Positions 37,441 through 47,200 of a DNA stretch of 64,000 nt are shown here, one piece after another. Location: positions 7,074 through 71,073 of the forward strand of contig CALXXD010000006.1 in assembly GCA_944392595.1 (NCBI GenBank), written 5' to 3'. The DNA comes from an uncultured Alphaproteobacteria bacterium. Its GTDB lineage: Bacteria; Pseudomonadota; Alphaproteobacteria; Rs-D84. The position numbers were made by a program, and so were the translations under genes. Numbering within the stretch: position 1 is the stretch's first letter; every line of letters starts with the position of its first letter. The notes beneath the pieces are model-generated. The model had not been told where the DNA came from, did not search any database, and saw nothing but the letters and a program-made list of their open reading frames with translations.

Positions 37441-38418
37441 TCATCCTTTTATCGCATTTAATATCCAATTTTGGGCGAAACGGCGCAATTCAGAAAAACG
37501 CTTGTTTATATGTGGTACAATCGCATATTTTTCCAAATGCTGCCAATCAATATCTGCATCGGGCGATATAATTTTATCACGTGGTATTCCAACCGCATCG
37601 AATATATTATACAGCCGTTCAATACGTAAATCATTTAATACAGCCAAAGGCACAAATGGTGTTCCAAATATTATAGCAAAACAAATTCCATGGAAAGAAT
37701 CTGTAACAAACAATTCTGCATTTTTTATACCAGCCAACCAATCTTGCAATTTCATGCCACTTGCAAAAGTGTTTCCATCACCCGCCAATTTTTGTACTTG
37801 TGGCCATATCGAATAATAAAACACGCCATTTGGTTTATAATCGCTGACGACATCATCCCAATCAATCAAAAACACAGGATCCAATATACACGTTCCATCC
37901 AGCCCCATATCGCGCAAAATATCCACACCTGTGGCCTCGCGTACGGATATGGCATCGAAACGATACAACAACTTTCTAACCCGTCTTTTTTCGCGTTTAT
38001 TACCCATAAAGCGATTTGTTCCAAAAGATGCAGCAGCGGCAATTTTACGTGCATGACGATCAACAAACTTCAAATAATAAATACCATTTTCCCTGCGGAC
38101 AAAATCTTGATTAAAAACCTGGTCACTGCCGACTATAAACGTTTCAAAATCGTCATTTAACTTGCGCAAATCGCGCATAGTACTCACCCGATGTGTCATC
38201 GGCAAATATTCGGCGCGAAAATCCGTCAATACACCAACGCGCTCTTTATAGAAGGTGGGGATATAATCTATATTTTTTACATTGAAACCATGTAACCTCA
38301 GAAACTTGCTTAACGCATACGCAGTCAATACTGCACCGTAATTTTCGCACTCAAAATTACCATAATTCAAAATGGCAATTGTATTCTTTTGTGGTACCCG
38401 ACGCTTGAATCTGAACAT
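37441..38418 (-). CDS. Polysaccharide pyruvyl transferase family protein
   Basis: N-terminal IAILNYGNFECENYGAVLTAYAL and C-terminal VTDSFHGICFAIIFGTPFV, typical of the CsaB/WcaK-like family. Start placed at the ATG at 38418, behind an AGGAG Shine-Dalgarno. Confidence 0.75.
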   Translation of the reverse strand: MFRFKRRVPQKNTIAILNYGNFECENYGAVLTAYALSKFLRLHGFNVKNIDYIPTFYKERVGVLTDFRAEYLPMTHRVSTMRDLRKLNDDFETFIVGSDQVFNQDFVRRENGIYYLKFVDRHARKIAAAASFGTNRFMGNKREKRRVRKLLYRFDAISVREATGVDILRDMGLDGTCILDPVFLIDWDDVVSDYKPNGVFYYSIWPQVQKLAGDGNTFASGMKLQDWLAGIKNAELFVTDSFHGICFAIIFGTPFVPLAVLNDLRIERLYNIFDAVGIPRDKIISPDADIDWQHLEKYAIVPHINKRFSELRRFAQNWILNAIKG

Positions 38419-38527
38419 AATAACTCCTGAAACAACAACCACTATATGATATATTTACTAAATTTTCAATCAATTTTCCGACAAGTTTCCTGTGGAAAAA
38501 GGTTTCAAACTGTGCCACAATCCAATC

Positions 38528-39616
38528 ATGAAACCGAGAGAGATTTTACCTGCGCTGGCCGTAATTATCGGCATTATTGGCGCACACGGGGCGGATGCCT
38601 GTACGGGTATCACCCTGACTGCAAATGATGGCGGTGTTGTTGCCGCGCGCACGATTGAATGGGGCGAATCCGAGATGGAAAATCTTTACACAATCGTCCC
38701 ACGCGGTTATGTCCAGCAATCTATGTTACCGGGTGGCAAAACCGGCGGCATGACTTTTTCCAGCATGTATGGATACGTCGGATTGGCGGTGGTTCGCCCC
38801 GATTGGGTTGTTGATGGCATGAACGAAGCCGGTCTGTCGGCGGGTCTGTTTTATTTCCCGGGATACGGCGAATACCCACCATACGACGCGAACGACAATG
38901 CGAACACTATATCAGATTTTCAATTGGTATCATGGATTCTGTCGCGCTTTTCCACCGTGGATCAGGTTAAATCTGCAATCAAAAACATTCGCGTGGCAAG
39001 CATAGATCCACGTGCATCCACCGCTCATTGGCGCGTAACCGAACCATCAGGCAAACAAATCATCATTGAATTTGTTGATGGCGTCGCCAACGTGTATGAC
39101 AGCCAACTGGGCGTATTGGCAAATTCGCCCGAATATCCATGGCAATTAAAAAATCTGAACAACTATGTAAATTTGGCGCCGGGCGCGGCGGGACCGGTAA
39201 AATTCGGCCCGATAACACTGCGGGCATTCGGTACAGGTTCGGGTTTATTGGGACTGCCGGGTGATTTTACCCCGCCATCACGATTCGTTCGCGCCGCATT
39301 TTTACAGACTTACTCGATAAAACAAGAAACCACATTTGATGCAGCAATGCAGGCGTTTCATATTCTGAATAATTTTGACGTACCATTGGGAACTGAATTT
39401 GCGCCGGGCGACGCGCCGGTTAATATGCCGTCTGCGACACAATGGACAATTGCGAACGATATGCGCAACCGCGTGATATATTATCACACTATGTACAATC
39501 GCACGATTCGCGAATTGGATTTATCAAACATAGATTTCGCAACGATTAAATTCCAATCGCACCCATTGGACGCCACGAAATCAGAAACGATTATCCCGGC
39601 ACAAATCGATCGATGA
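38528..39616 (+). CDS. Choloylglycine hydrolase / penicillin V acylase family Ntn-hydrolase, secreted
   Basis: The signal peptide ends ..GAHGADA. It is followed by the nucleophile Cys in CTGITLTANDGGVVAARTIEW, the family hallmark. Confidence 0.8.
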   Translation: MKPREILPALAVIIGIIGAHGADACTGITLTANDGGVVAARTIEWGESEMENLYTIVPRGYVQQSMLPGGKTGGMTFSSMYGYVGLAVVRPDWVVDGMNEAGLSAGLFYFPGYGEYPPYDANDNANTISDFQLVSWILSRFSTVDQVKSAIKNIRVASIDPRASTAHWRVTEPSGKQIIIEFVDGVANVYDSQLGVLANSPEYPWQLKNLNNYVNLAPGAAGPVKFGPITLRAFGTGSGLLGLPGDFTPPSRFVRAAFLQTYSIKQETTFDAAMQAFHILNNFDVPLGTEFAPGDAPVNMPSATQWTIANDMRNRVIYYHTMYNRTIRELDLSNIDFATIKFQSHPLDATKSETIIPAQIDR

Positions 39617-39688
39617 ACTTTATTTGCCTTTTGTTTTTATAGGTATATAATTAACAGGCCTTATAAATAACACAAGGAGAATCACATC

Positions 39689-40927
39689 ATGAAAATCAAA
39701 CCATTTGCAGGTGTTCGCCCACCACGTGAATTGGCGGCGGATGTTGCGTCACGCCCGTATGACGTTCTGAACTCGGCCGAGGCTAAATCCGAAGCCGGCG
39801 AAAAATCATTACTGCATATTATCAAACCAGAAATCGATTTTGATCCGATTGCGGACGAACATTCACAACCCGTCTATGACAAAGCGGTTGAAAATTTCAA
39901 ACTGTGGCAAGAACGCGGTTGGTTGGTCCAAGATGACAAAGAAATGTATTACATCTATGCACAAACGATGGACGGCCGCACCCAGTACGGTTTGGTTGCC
40001 GCCGCAAACGTGGATGATTATATGACCGGCAAAATCAAAAAACACGAATTAACCCGCAAAGACAAAGAAGACGACCGCATGATTCACGTTCGTATTCAAA
40101 ACGCGAATTTGGAACCTGTATTCTTTGCATACCCGGACGTTGCAGAAATGAACAAAATCATATCTGATTACGTTGCATCGCACGAACCAGAATATGACTT
40201 TGTTGCACCCGACGGATTTGGTCACACTTTTTGGAAAATCGACGATGATGTAATTATAAATCGCATAACGGAAATTTTCCGTGACATACCTGCCCTGTAC
40301 GTTGCAGACGGCCATCACAGAACCGCGGCCGCCGCACGCGTTGGCGCGGAAAAGCGCGAACAAAATCCGAATCACACCGGTAACGAAGAATATAACTATT
40401 TCTTGGCTGTGATTTTCCCAGAAAGCCAATTGCACGTTATCGATTACAACCGCGTTGTTCGTGATTTGAACGGATTGACGCCTGCTGAATTTTTGGACAA
40501 ATTGCGCGAATCGTTTGAAGTCACCGAAATGGGCACTGAAATTTACAAGCCGAATAAATTACATAACTTTGGCATGTACTTGGACGGCAAATGGTATTCT
40601 TTGACCGCCAAACCCGGCACATACAACGACAACGATCCGATTGGTGTTTTGGACGTGACGGTATTGTCCAATTTGGTATTTGATAAAATATTGAACTTGG
40701 GCGACCTGCGCACAAGCAAACGTATCGATTTCGTTGGTGGCATACGTGGATTGGGCGAATTGCAAAAACGCGTAGATTCAGGCGAAATGGCCGTGGCATT
40801 TGCGCTGTACCCTGTCACAATGCGCCAAATCATTGACATCGCAGACACAGGCAACATCATGCCACCAAAAACGACATGGTTTGAACCGAAACTGCGCAGT
40901 GGATTGGTAATTCACAAATTGTCATAA
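39689..40927 (+). CDS. DUF1015 family protein
   Basis: 412 aa. N-terminus MKIKPFAGVRP..ASRPYDVL and the central ALYVADGHHR motif are characteristic of DUF1015. Strong AAGGAG Shine-Dalgarno. Confidence 0.8.
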   Translation: MKIKPFAGVRPPRELAADVASRPYDVLNSAEAKSEAGEKSLLHIIKPEIDFDPIADEHSQPVYDKAVENFKLWQERGWLVQDDKEMYYIYAQTMDGRTQYGLVAAANVDDYMTGKIKKHELTRKDKEDDRMIHVRIQNANLEPVFFAYPDVAEMNKIISDYVASHEPEYDFVAPDGFGHTFWKIDDDVIINRITEIFRDIPALYVADGHHRTAAAARVGAEKREQNPNHTGNEEYNYFLAVIFPESQLHVIDYNRVVRDLNGLTPAEFLDKLRESFEVTEMGTEIYKPNKLHNFGMYLDGKWYSLTAKPGTYNDNDPIGVLDVTVLSNLVFDKILNLGDLRTSKRIDFVGGIRGLGELQKRVDSGEMAVAFALYPVTMRQIIDIADTGNIMPPKTTWFEPKLRSGLVIHKLS

Positions 40928-40952
40928 AAAACGGGGCATGCGCCCCGTTTTC
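40926..40952. terminator. Bidirectional terminator (DUF1015 / ppiD)
   Basis: Hairpin ACGGGGC-ATG-CGCCCCGT flanked by an A-run and a T-run, between convergent genes. Confidence 0.8.
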
Positions 40953-42364
40953 TATTTTGCAAAGAAACGATTATATACTTTCTCGTTTATCTCGACCGGG
41001 TATTCACGCGATAAAAATTCGTTATAATCATCGGTAATATTACGATTGCCGATTGATTCCAACTCGCTGCGAATATCGGCCATTTTTTTATCATCGGCAT
41101 CGGGCATAACTTCGGCATCTATGTGCAAAACATAAAACGCATCAGTACCATTCACAATTGAATTCGCACCGATTTCACCCGCGAACGTCGCCGCCAATAC
41201 TTCCAGTGGTGCCCCATCAGCGCGCGTAACAGTCACATCTTTTGCCCCCGCCAATTTATTGGTTTTATTCAAATCGACCAACAATTCATTCGCGCGAACG
41301 TATGCTTGCTTGCGCTGCTCGGCACGCCGCCAATCAGCCACCAAATCTTTACTTTTTGCATCAAACTGGGCCTTGTGTGATTCTGTTACATTATCAACAC
41401 GCACAATCACAAATCCTTTTTTGGTTTCGATTAATTCGCTTTCCAATCCCTGGTCCATATCAAAAATGCGTGCCATCATATTATCGGTCAGCAATTCATC
41501 CACAGGCCGATGTTCCGCATCGAATGTTCCCAAAGAAACATATTTTGCGCCATTCGCAGCCGCCGCATCCGCCATAGTTTCACCACCGATAATTGCATCT
41601 TCGACCGCGATTGCACGTTCGTACGCCGCGTCATATTCATCTGGCGCATCCATATCGGCATTAACAATAACGTACGACACAGTCCGCTGTTCAGGCACAA
41701 CTTGCGGATTTTGTTCATAAAACGCGCGCAATTGTTCTTCGGTTGGCGTTCCCACATCAAAATCATCGAAATCAACGGTTGCATATTCAATTTCACGTTC
41801 CGCATACCGCGCATCAAACACAGCACGAACCGCGAACTCGGGCACCGCCACCGGCACAGACATCGCCCCCAGTGTATATCCGCGCAAAACCTGTTTCCGC
41901 AGAACATCTGCGAATGCAGCCTCGGTATAACCGCTGTTCATTAAAACGGTATCGAACGCGTACGTTGAAAATTGCCCACCGATTTGAAATTCAGGAAACG
42001 CCCGAATTTCACGTGCAATTTGCGCATCAGACACAACAAATCCCAAATCCGCTGCACGTTCGTCGGCCATTGCCTGGGTTGTCAAATTCGACATAGCGCG
42101 CGTATCCAGCGCACTTATCAACATCGGGTCGGCATACGTTTCACGTTGTTCTTCGCGCGACATTTCCGCCAACAAACGCGATTTTTCCATACTGAATTGT
42201 TGGATAGTAATCTCGGCATTGCCGACACGCACCAAAGTAGTATCGCTGGCCGCGCCACCAAAAATCCATTCAGCAACGCCCCACCCCACAAACGAAAAAG
42301 CCAATATACCAATTAAAACCTTTGCCAGCGGTTTATCCGCCGCATTACGTAAATATTCTAGCAT
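40952..42364 (-). CDS. ppiD: Periplasmic chaperone PpiD-like (SurA N-terminal domain protein, short form)
   Basis: N-terminal membrane anchor MLEYLRNAADKPLAKVLIGILAFSFVGWGV, typical of PpiD. Divergent from tpiA, as in many Alphaproteobacteria. Confidence 0.7.
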   Translation of the reverse strand: MLEYLRNAADKPLAKVLIGILAFSFVGWGVAEWIFGGAASDTTLVRVGNAEITIQQFSMEKSRLLAEMSREEQRETYADPMLISALDTRAMSNLTTQAMADERAADLGFVVSDAQIAREIRAFPEFQIGGQFSTYAFDTVLMNSGYTEAAFADVLRKQVLRGYTLGAMSVPVAVPEFAVRAVFDARYAEREIEYATVDFDDFDVGTPTEEQLRAFYEQNPQVVPEQRTVSYVIVNADMDAPDEYDAAYERAIAVEDAIIGGETMADAAAANGAKYVSLGTFDAEHRPVDELLTDNMMARIFDMDQGLESELIETKKGFVIVRVDNVTESHKAQFDAKSKDLVADWRRAEQRKQAYVRANELLVDLNKTNKLAGAKDVTVTRADGAPLEVLAATFAGEIGANSIVNGTDAFYVLHIDAEVMPDADDKKMADIRSELESIGNRNITDDYNEFLSREYPVEINEKVYNRFFAK

Positions 42365-42433
42365 TTAATCCCCTTTTGCGATACCATAGCAAAACAATAT
42401 CACGAAAATCAACGAAAAAAAGGGGAAAATTCC

Positions 42434-43135
42434 ATGAAAATTATCGCAGGTAACTGGAAAATGAACGGCACGCGCGAACTGTTAAATAAAATGATTACCG
42501 CGCTGAAAAATATTGACACAGAAAATACAGTTGTCCTGTGCGTTCCATATACAATGTTGGTCGCCACATCCACGCGCGTCGCCATCGGCGCCCAAGACGT
42601 CAGCGCACACGACCACGGCGCATACACAGGCCAGGTTTCTGCCAATATGGTTGCTGCAACCGGCGCAACATACACCATCGTCGGCCACAGCGAACGCCGC
42701 CAATATAACGGCGACACAAATGATACAGTCCGGCAAAAGGCCGCAGCCGCCATCGCCGCGGGACTGACACCGATTGTATGCGTCGGCGAAACCATGGATG
42801 AAAAAAATGCCGGTAAAACAATGGAAATTATCCAATCGGGCGTACGCGAATCTGTACCCCAGAACGCCAAAAATATAATCATCGCATACGAACCACGCTG
42901 GGCAATCGGTGCAGGCATAACACCAACAGATAACGAAATTGCATCTGCACATCAATTAATTGCAGACACTTTATCCGACATGGGATTGGGGGGCACCCCG
43001 ATACTGTACGGCGCCAGCGTACGCGCATCGAACGCCGCCCAAATTATGTCCATTCCGCACGTTGATGGTGTCTTGGTTGGTGGCGCATCCTTGAAAGTTG
43101 ATGATTTCATACCTATAATAACCAGCGTAAAATAA
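42434..43135 (+). CDS. tpiA: Triosephosphate isomerase
   Basis: IAGNWKMNG, VGHSERR, IAYEPRWAIGAG, VLVGGASL motifs. Confidence 0.95.
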   Translation: MKIIAGNWKMNGTRELLNKMITALKNIDTENTVVLCVPYTMLVATSTRVAIGAQDVSAHDHGAYTGQVSANMVAATGATYTIVGHSERRQYNGDTNDTVRQKAAAAIAAGLTPIVCVGETMDEKNAGKTMEIIQSGVRESVPQNAKNIIIAYEPRWAIGAGITPTDNEIASAHQLIADTLSDMGLGGTPILYGASVRASNAAQIMSIPHVDGVLVGGASLKVDDFIPIITSVK

Positions 43136-43165
43136 TATTATATTAAAATCCAAGGACAGATAAAA

Positions 43166-43705
43166 ATGGACGACCAAGAAAAAAAAGAAGTAAAAATAGA
43201 TACTGTATCCGTCACAGATGACACCAATACCCAAGACAACGCAGCAACGGGCGACACGTCTGATTCAGAAATTGAAAAGTTAAACGCACAAATTGCGGAA
43301 TTAACCGATAAATTTTTGCGTTTGGCGGCGGAATTGGAAAACACACGCCGGCGCGCGGCAATTGATGTTGAATCAACCGCACGCAATCGGGCGATGTCTG
43401 TTGCAAAAAAGTTTTTACCAGTTATGGATGCAATTGACGCCGCACTGCAACACAGCCCCGATGACGCAGGCATAAAATCCATGGCGGCCGCAATGAATGA
43501 CGCTTTTTCACAAATCGGGATAACAAAAATCGAATCGGTTGGGCAAATTATGAATCCTCAATTTCATAACGCAATCCAGGTTGTTGATGCCCCCGCAGAC
43601 AAAGATCCCAAACCAGAACCAAACACGATTGTATCTGAATTACAACCGGGATATATGTTTGGCGATACAGTTCTGCGAACCGCGATGGTAACGGTATGCA
43701 AATAA
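43166..43705 (+). CDS. grpE: Nucleotide exchange factor GrpE
   Basis: Coiled-coil LRLAAELENTRRR followed by the C-terminal beta domain FHNAI...G..RTAMV, a typical GrpE layout. Confidence 0.9.
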   Translation: MDDQEKKEVKIDTVSVTDDTNTQDNAATGDTSDSEIEKLNAQIAELTDKFLRLAAELENTRRRAAIDVESTARNRAMSVAKKFLPVMDAIDAALQHSPDDAGIKSMAAAMNDAFSQIGITKIESVGQIMNPQFHNAIQVVDAPADKDPKPEPNTIVSELQPGYMFGDTVLRTAMVTVCK

Positions 43706-43732
43706 AAATCCCCGCGTATGCGGGGTTATTTA
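43706..43732. terminator. Terminator hairpin between grpE and 43734-44147
   Basis: Hairpin CCCCGC-GTAT-GCGGGG flanked by A/T-rich runs on both sides. Confidence 0.65.
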
Positions 43733-43733
43733 T

Positions 43734-44147
43734 TTAACGTTCATATCCCATTCTTTGACGTTTAATTATCTTAATACGTTCTTCGTAATCAGGAACAGAT
43801 ACACTGCGACGCTGTGCCTCGATACTGTTAATAAAGTTATTTATATTTTCATCTTTATCCAAAACATCATTGGATATACGCAACACCCATTCATACCCCG
43901 ACCAATTATAGTGCGATTTGTGACAAACAACAGGCACGCCATTACGCCGGAATAAATATTGGGCTGTGCGCAAATTTTTGTCATCCGACAAGAAACAATA
44001 CACATACCGTTTCCCTGTGTTACCATTAATCAGTCGTTCCGTCTGGCGCACCATTTTTGCCAACATTTTAATATCGTTTTCTGGGTCTGCATATTTCACA
44101 CTGTACGCAGGCAAAAAATAATCGCGAATTTCACGTAAAATTTTCAT
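43734..44147 (-). CDS. Hypothetical protein (137 aa)
   Basis: A clean ORF with a terminator downstream. No motif recognised. Confidence 0.55.
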   Translation of the reverse strand: MKILREIRDYFLPAYSVKYADPENDIKMLAKMVRQTERLINGNTGKRYVYCFLSDDKNLRTAQYLFRRNGVPVVCHKSHYNWSGYEWVLRISNDVLDKDENINNFINSIEAQRRSVSVPDYEERIKIIKRQRMGYER

Positions 44148-44224
44148 TTTTTATCACCTTTTTGTTTTTTGTCAATATATATTAAACTACAAAAATGATT
44201 TTATCAAGATAAATATTTATTCAT

Positions 44225-44249
44225 AAAAAAGCCCCTTTTTCGGGGGCGT
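44225..44249 (-). terminator. Rho-independent terminator of the 1263-aa gene
   Basis: Hairpin GCCCC-TTTTTC-GGGGGC followed by TTTTTT on the - strand, right after the stop. Confidence 0.8.
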
Positions 44250-44251
44250 TT

Positions 44252-47200
44252 TTATATACCCAAACGATGCGTCATTTTCATCATAAATATGGATTCATTA
44301 CCAAATTCATCGGTGTTATTCGGATGCACACGATAAATAAATCCAATCGCACCGTCTGTAAATTCACCAAAGTTATGGCGATATGCACCAGTGAATCGAA
44401 CCTCGCGATTATCGGGACGCAACGACAGATTTTCAATATGCGTATCAACTATATTCAATTCATATTCGTTATCACCATTATTTACAATTTCGTATTCAGC
44501 ATACGGATATTGCAAATATCCATCCGTCACAGCCAACGGGCTGGACACACTGAAACTGAAATTACCGGCATCAACACCAAACGCAAACGCCGTCGAATCC
44601 ACATCAGACATTCCCAATATGAATTGTCCCGTTGCATTTGTCGTTGTGCGGGCAAAAGTGGAACGCAATTTGAACGTCACATCATCAGCGGGGCTGAAAC
44701 TGAATTCAGAATCAACGTATATTGTATTACCATTACCCATGTCCAATAAACCGCCCGACAAAGCCCCCAACAAAGTATCCGATTCGAACGCCGCACCGAC
44801 AGAGGTGTTAAACCCAAACTTATCGCCATGCCACGCAACACTGGATTGCGCGCCCTGCATCAACCCCAACTGCGCAGGCATATATTGCGACGAAATCGTT
44901 GGGTCATTATCCAACATAGTTTCATCTGTAACAGAACCCGAAAACGCACGCGCACCAAACGACCAACGCCCCATATTATACCACGCGTCCGTGGTAATCG
45001 CATTTGACGCCAATCCCAAAATCGGATTAGACATTCCGTCAAACCGCGACGCACCGTCCGTAAAGTGCCGCTGATAACCGGCCGCAAAATTCCAATCGCC
45101 GGACGTATAATCCAAACGCAGATTGTCCAACCCATTAAGATTATCTGCATACTGTTTTTCAGACACAGCCATTGAAAATCCAAAATTACCAACCTGGACA
45201 CGTTGTTGGGTATCGCGGCGCGTTTTGAATTCGCCCAAAATATCGCCCATGTACAAACCGCGTGCATCCGTCACCCCCAGCGCAAATTCATTTTTCCAAA
45301 CGCGCGGCAAAGACATATCGCCATTAACGCTTTCCAACATGTCAAAGAACGGCGCGCTGATTGTTGCACTGCCCGGCCCAAACGCAGACGACGCACGGAA
45401 CACAGTATTCGATGCCGCCCGCCAATAAGCGTTGCCATTATCAGAAACAATCGTGTCACCATCATAATAATAAATCTTGTGTCCCGGCGTCATTGCGCGT
45501 TCCAGATTTATCATTCCATAACCATAAACCTCGGCAAAGGCATCCAGGTAATCTTGGCCGGTCAATTGATCTTCCATATAATCAGGCGGCAAAGAATACA
45601 TATCTTTCAAATATTCCGCCAATGTGTCGGCCGTAAATTTATTACCATTATCATCATATCCCAAATAAGCACCATCGGCCGTCAGTGCCAGTAACGTAAA
45701 TATTTCATCACTGTCCATATATGCAAACGCCCCCTTGACCGCGGCCACAGCCCCCGCCGCAGACGCCGTCGCCATTTCGGCCGTTGGACCGGCGGCCGCA
45801 AAACACCACGGATCGACACCATTTATTCCCAAACCTGCAACGCCGCATTTACGCGACATATACGTGACATCATCATCTGTTTCTGATGTTCCCTTGGTAT
45901 CGGTCCATGCCGACAAATACAACGGTCCATATTCACTGCCCGTGCCATCACCATAATCACCGATGCTGTCGGCATTTGACGTGCCAACCGAATGCTGGAC
46001 CGCAACAATTGTCATAAAATTATGCTCTAAATTAGACCCATATAACGCAGGCGCGTAATTTTCAAACGTAGCATCCAAAACATTCAAACTTTTGCCATCA
46101 CCGGTTCCATATTCAAACTCGCCCGCAGACATTACCAAAATTGGCGAATTCGAATTATACCCATTAAACAAAGAATTCGCATATCCACCCTGGGTATTAC
46201 CAGTTGAAACATCTGTGCCATCTTTTTCATAATAACTGTTTATCAGCGTGGCAAACGCGGTTTTCTTGGCCGATTCAGTTGTCGCACCACTCAATGCAAA
46301 ATAAGATTCAATTCCGCCTGTGTTAATATAAGATACATCACGCGATTTTGGATTGACGGTCAAATTCGCCAAAACAGCACCACTCCCGCGTGTAGCATAC
46401 AAAGCCTCGAAAGTTTTTATACTGGATTCCTGCCATTCTTTTTGAACAAATATCCCATAACCATCATCAGTTGCTTTGACGGCATAAACCGCATCAGGCC
46501 GATTTCCACCAGTTGTATTTACATAATAATATCCATCAGTTCCCCGATATATGGCGATATTTCCAACACCATCACAACCATTTTCCGTGCTGCTTTTGCA
46601 TACGCCAACCATTAATGTACTGCCCGGTCCAACTTCGAATTTGGTACCATTAATTGTGATTGTTGGACGTGTAACACTGTCACTGGCATCACCCGCGCTG
46701 TCATCGGCAACATCCAAAGCGGTATCCGACGACGCCAAATCAATTGTATATTCCACACCATTTATGGTTATTGTATCACCCGGATTTATATCACCATCCT
46801 TGCCACCTGGGGCCAAATCGGTCAGCCCCCCAACAGATGCACCATCGGACACATTAACAAATTCGCCACCACCACCAGTTTTATATACAGCCAACTGCCC
46901 ATTTGGCACAAAACCGTACAAATCGGCGTATGCACGGCCGCCGGCCTCCCACCCGCCGATAATTTTGGCCAACGCAGATTCATTCGCCGTGGCAAAAGGA
47001 TTCATTGCGGTGCCACTGCCTGAAAAATCAAATCCGCTTTGTTCGCCGCCATAATTATTTCCGGACGGCGCTGCATAATTGGCATATTTGTCCGACACAT
47101 GCGTTTTCACATCTTCTGCCGAAGAATCAGCCCAAACAATGCCATCCACACTGCGACCCGCCGAACCGGCAGGATTAATACCATTTTCTGTTATCAACGA

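Noticed and set aside
31667-38450. An intact prophage or integrative element at tRNA-Gln.
   Set aside because: I saw no integrase, excisionase, phage structural or conjugation genes. Only the att-like 14-mer, a tandem repeat and lower-GC cargo-type genes are present. I report it only as a possible degraded island.
42409-42955. ORFs 42409-42918 (-) and 42482-42955 (-) of 157-169 aa.
   Set aside because: They are antisense to tpiA, which has all canonical TIM motifs. No independent support.
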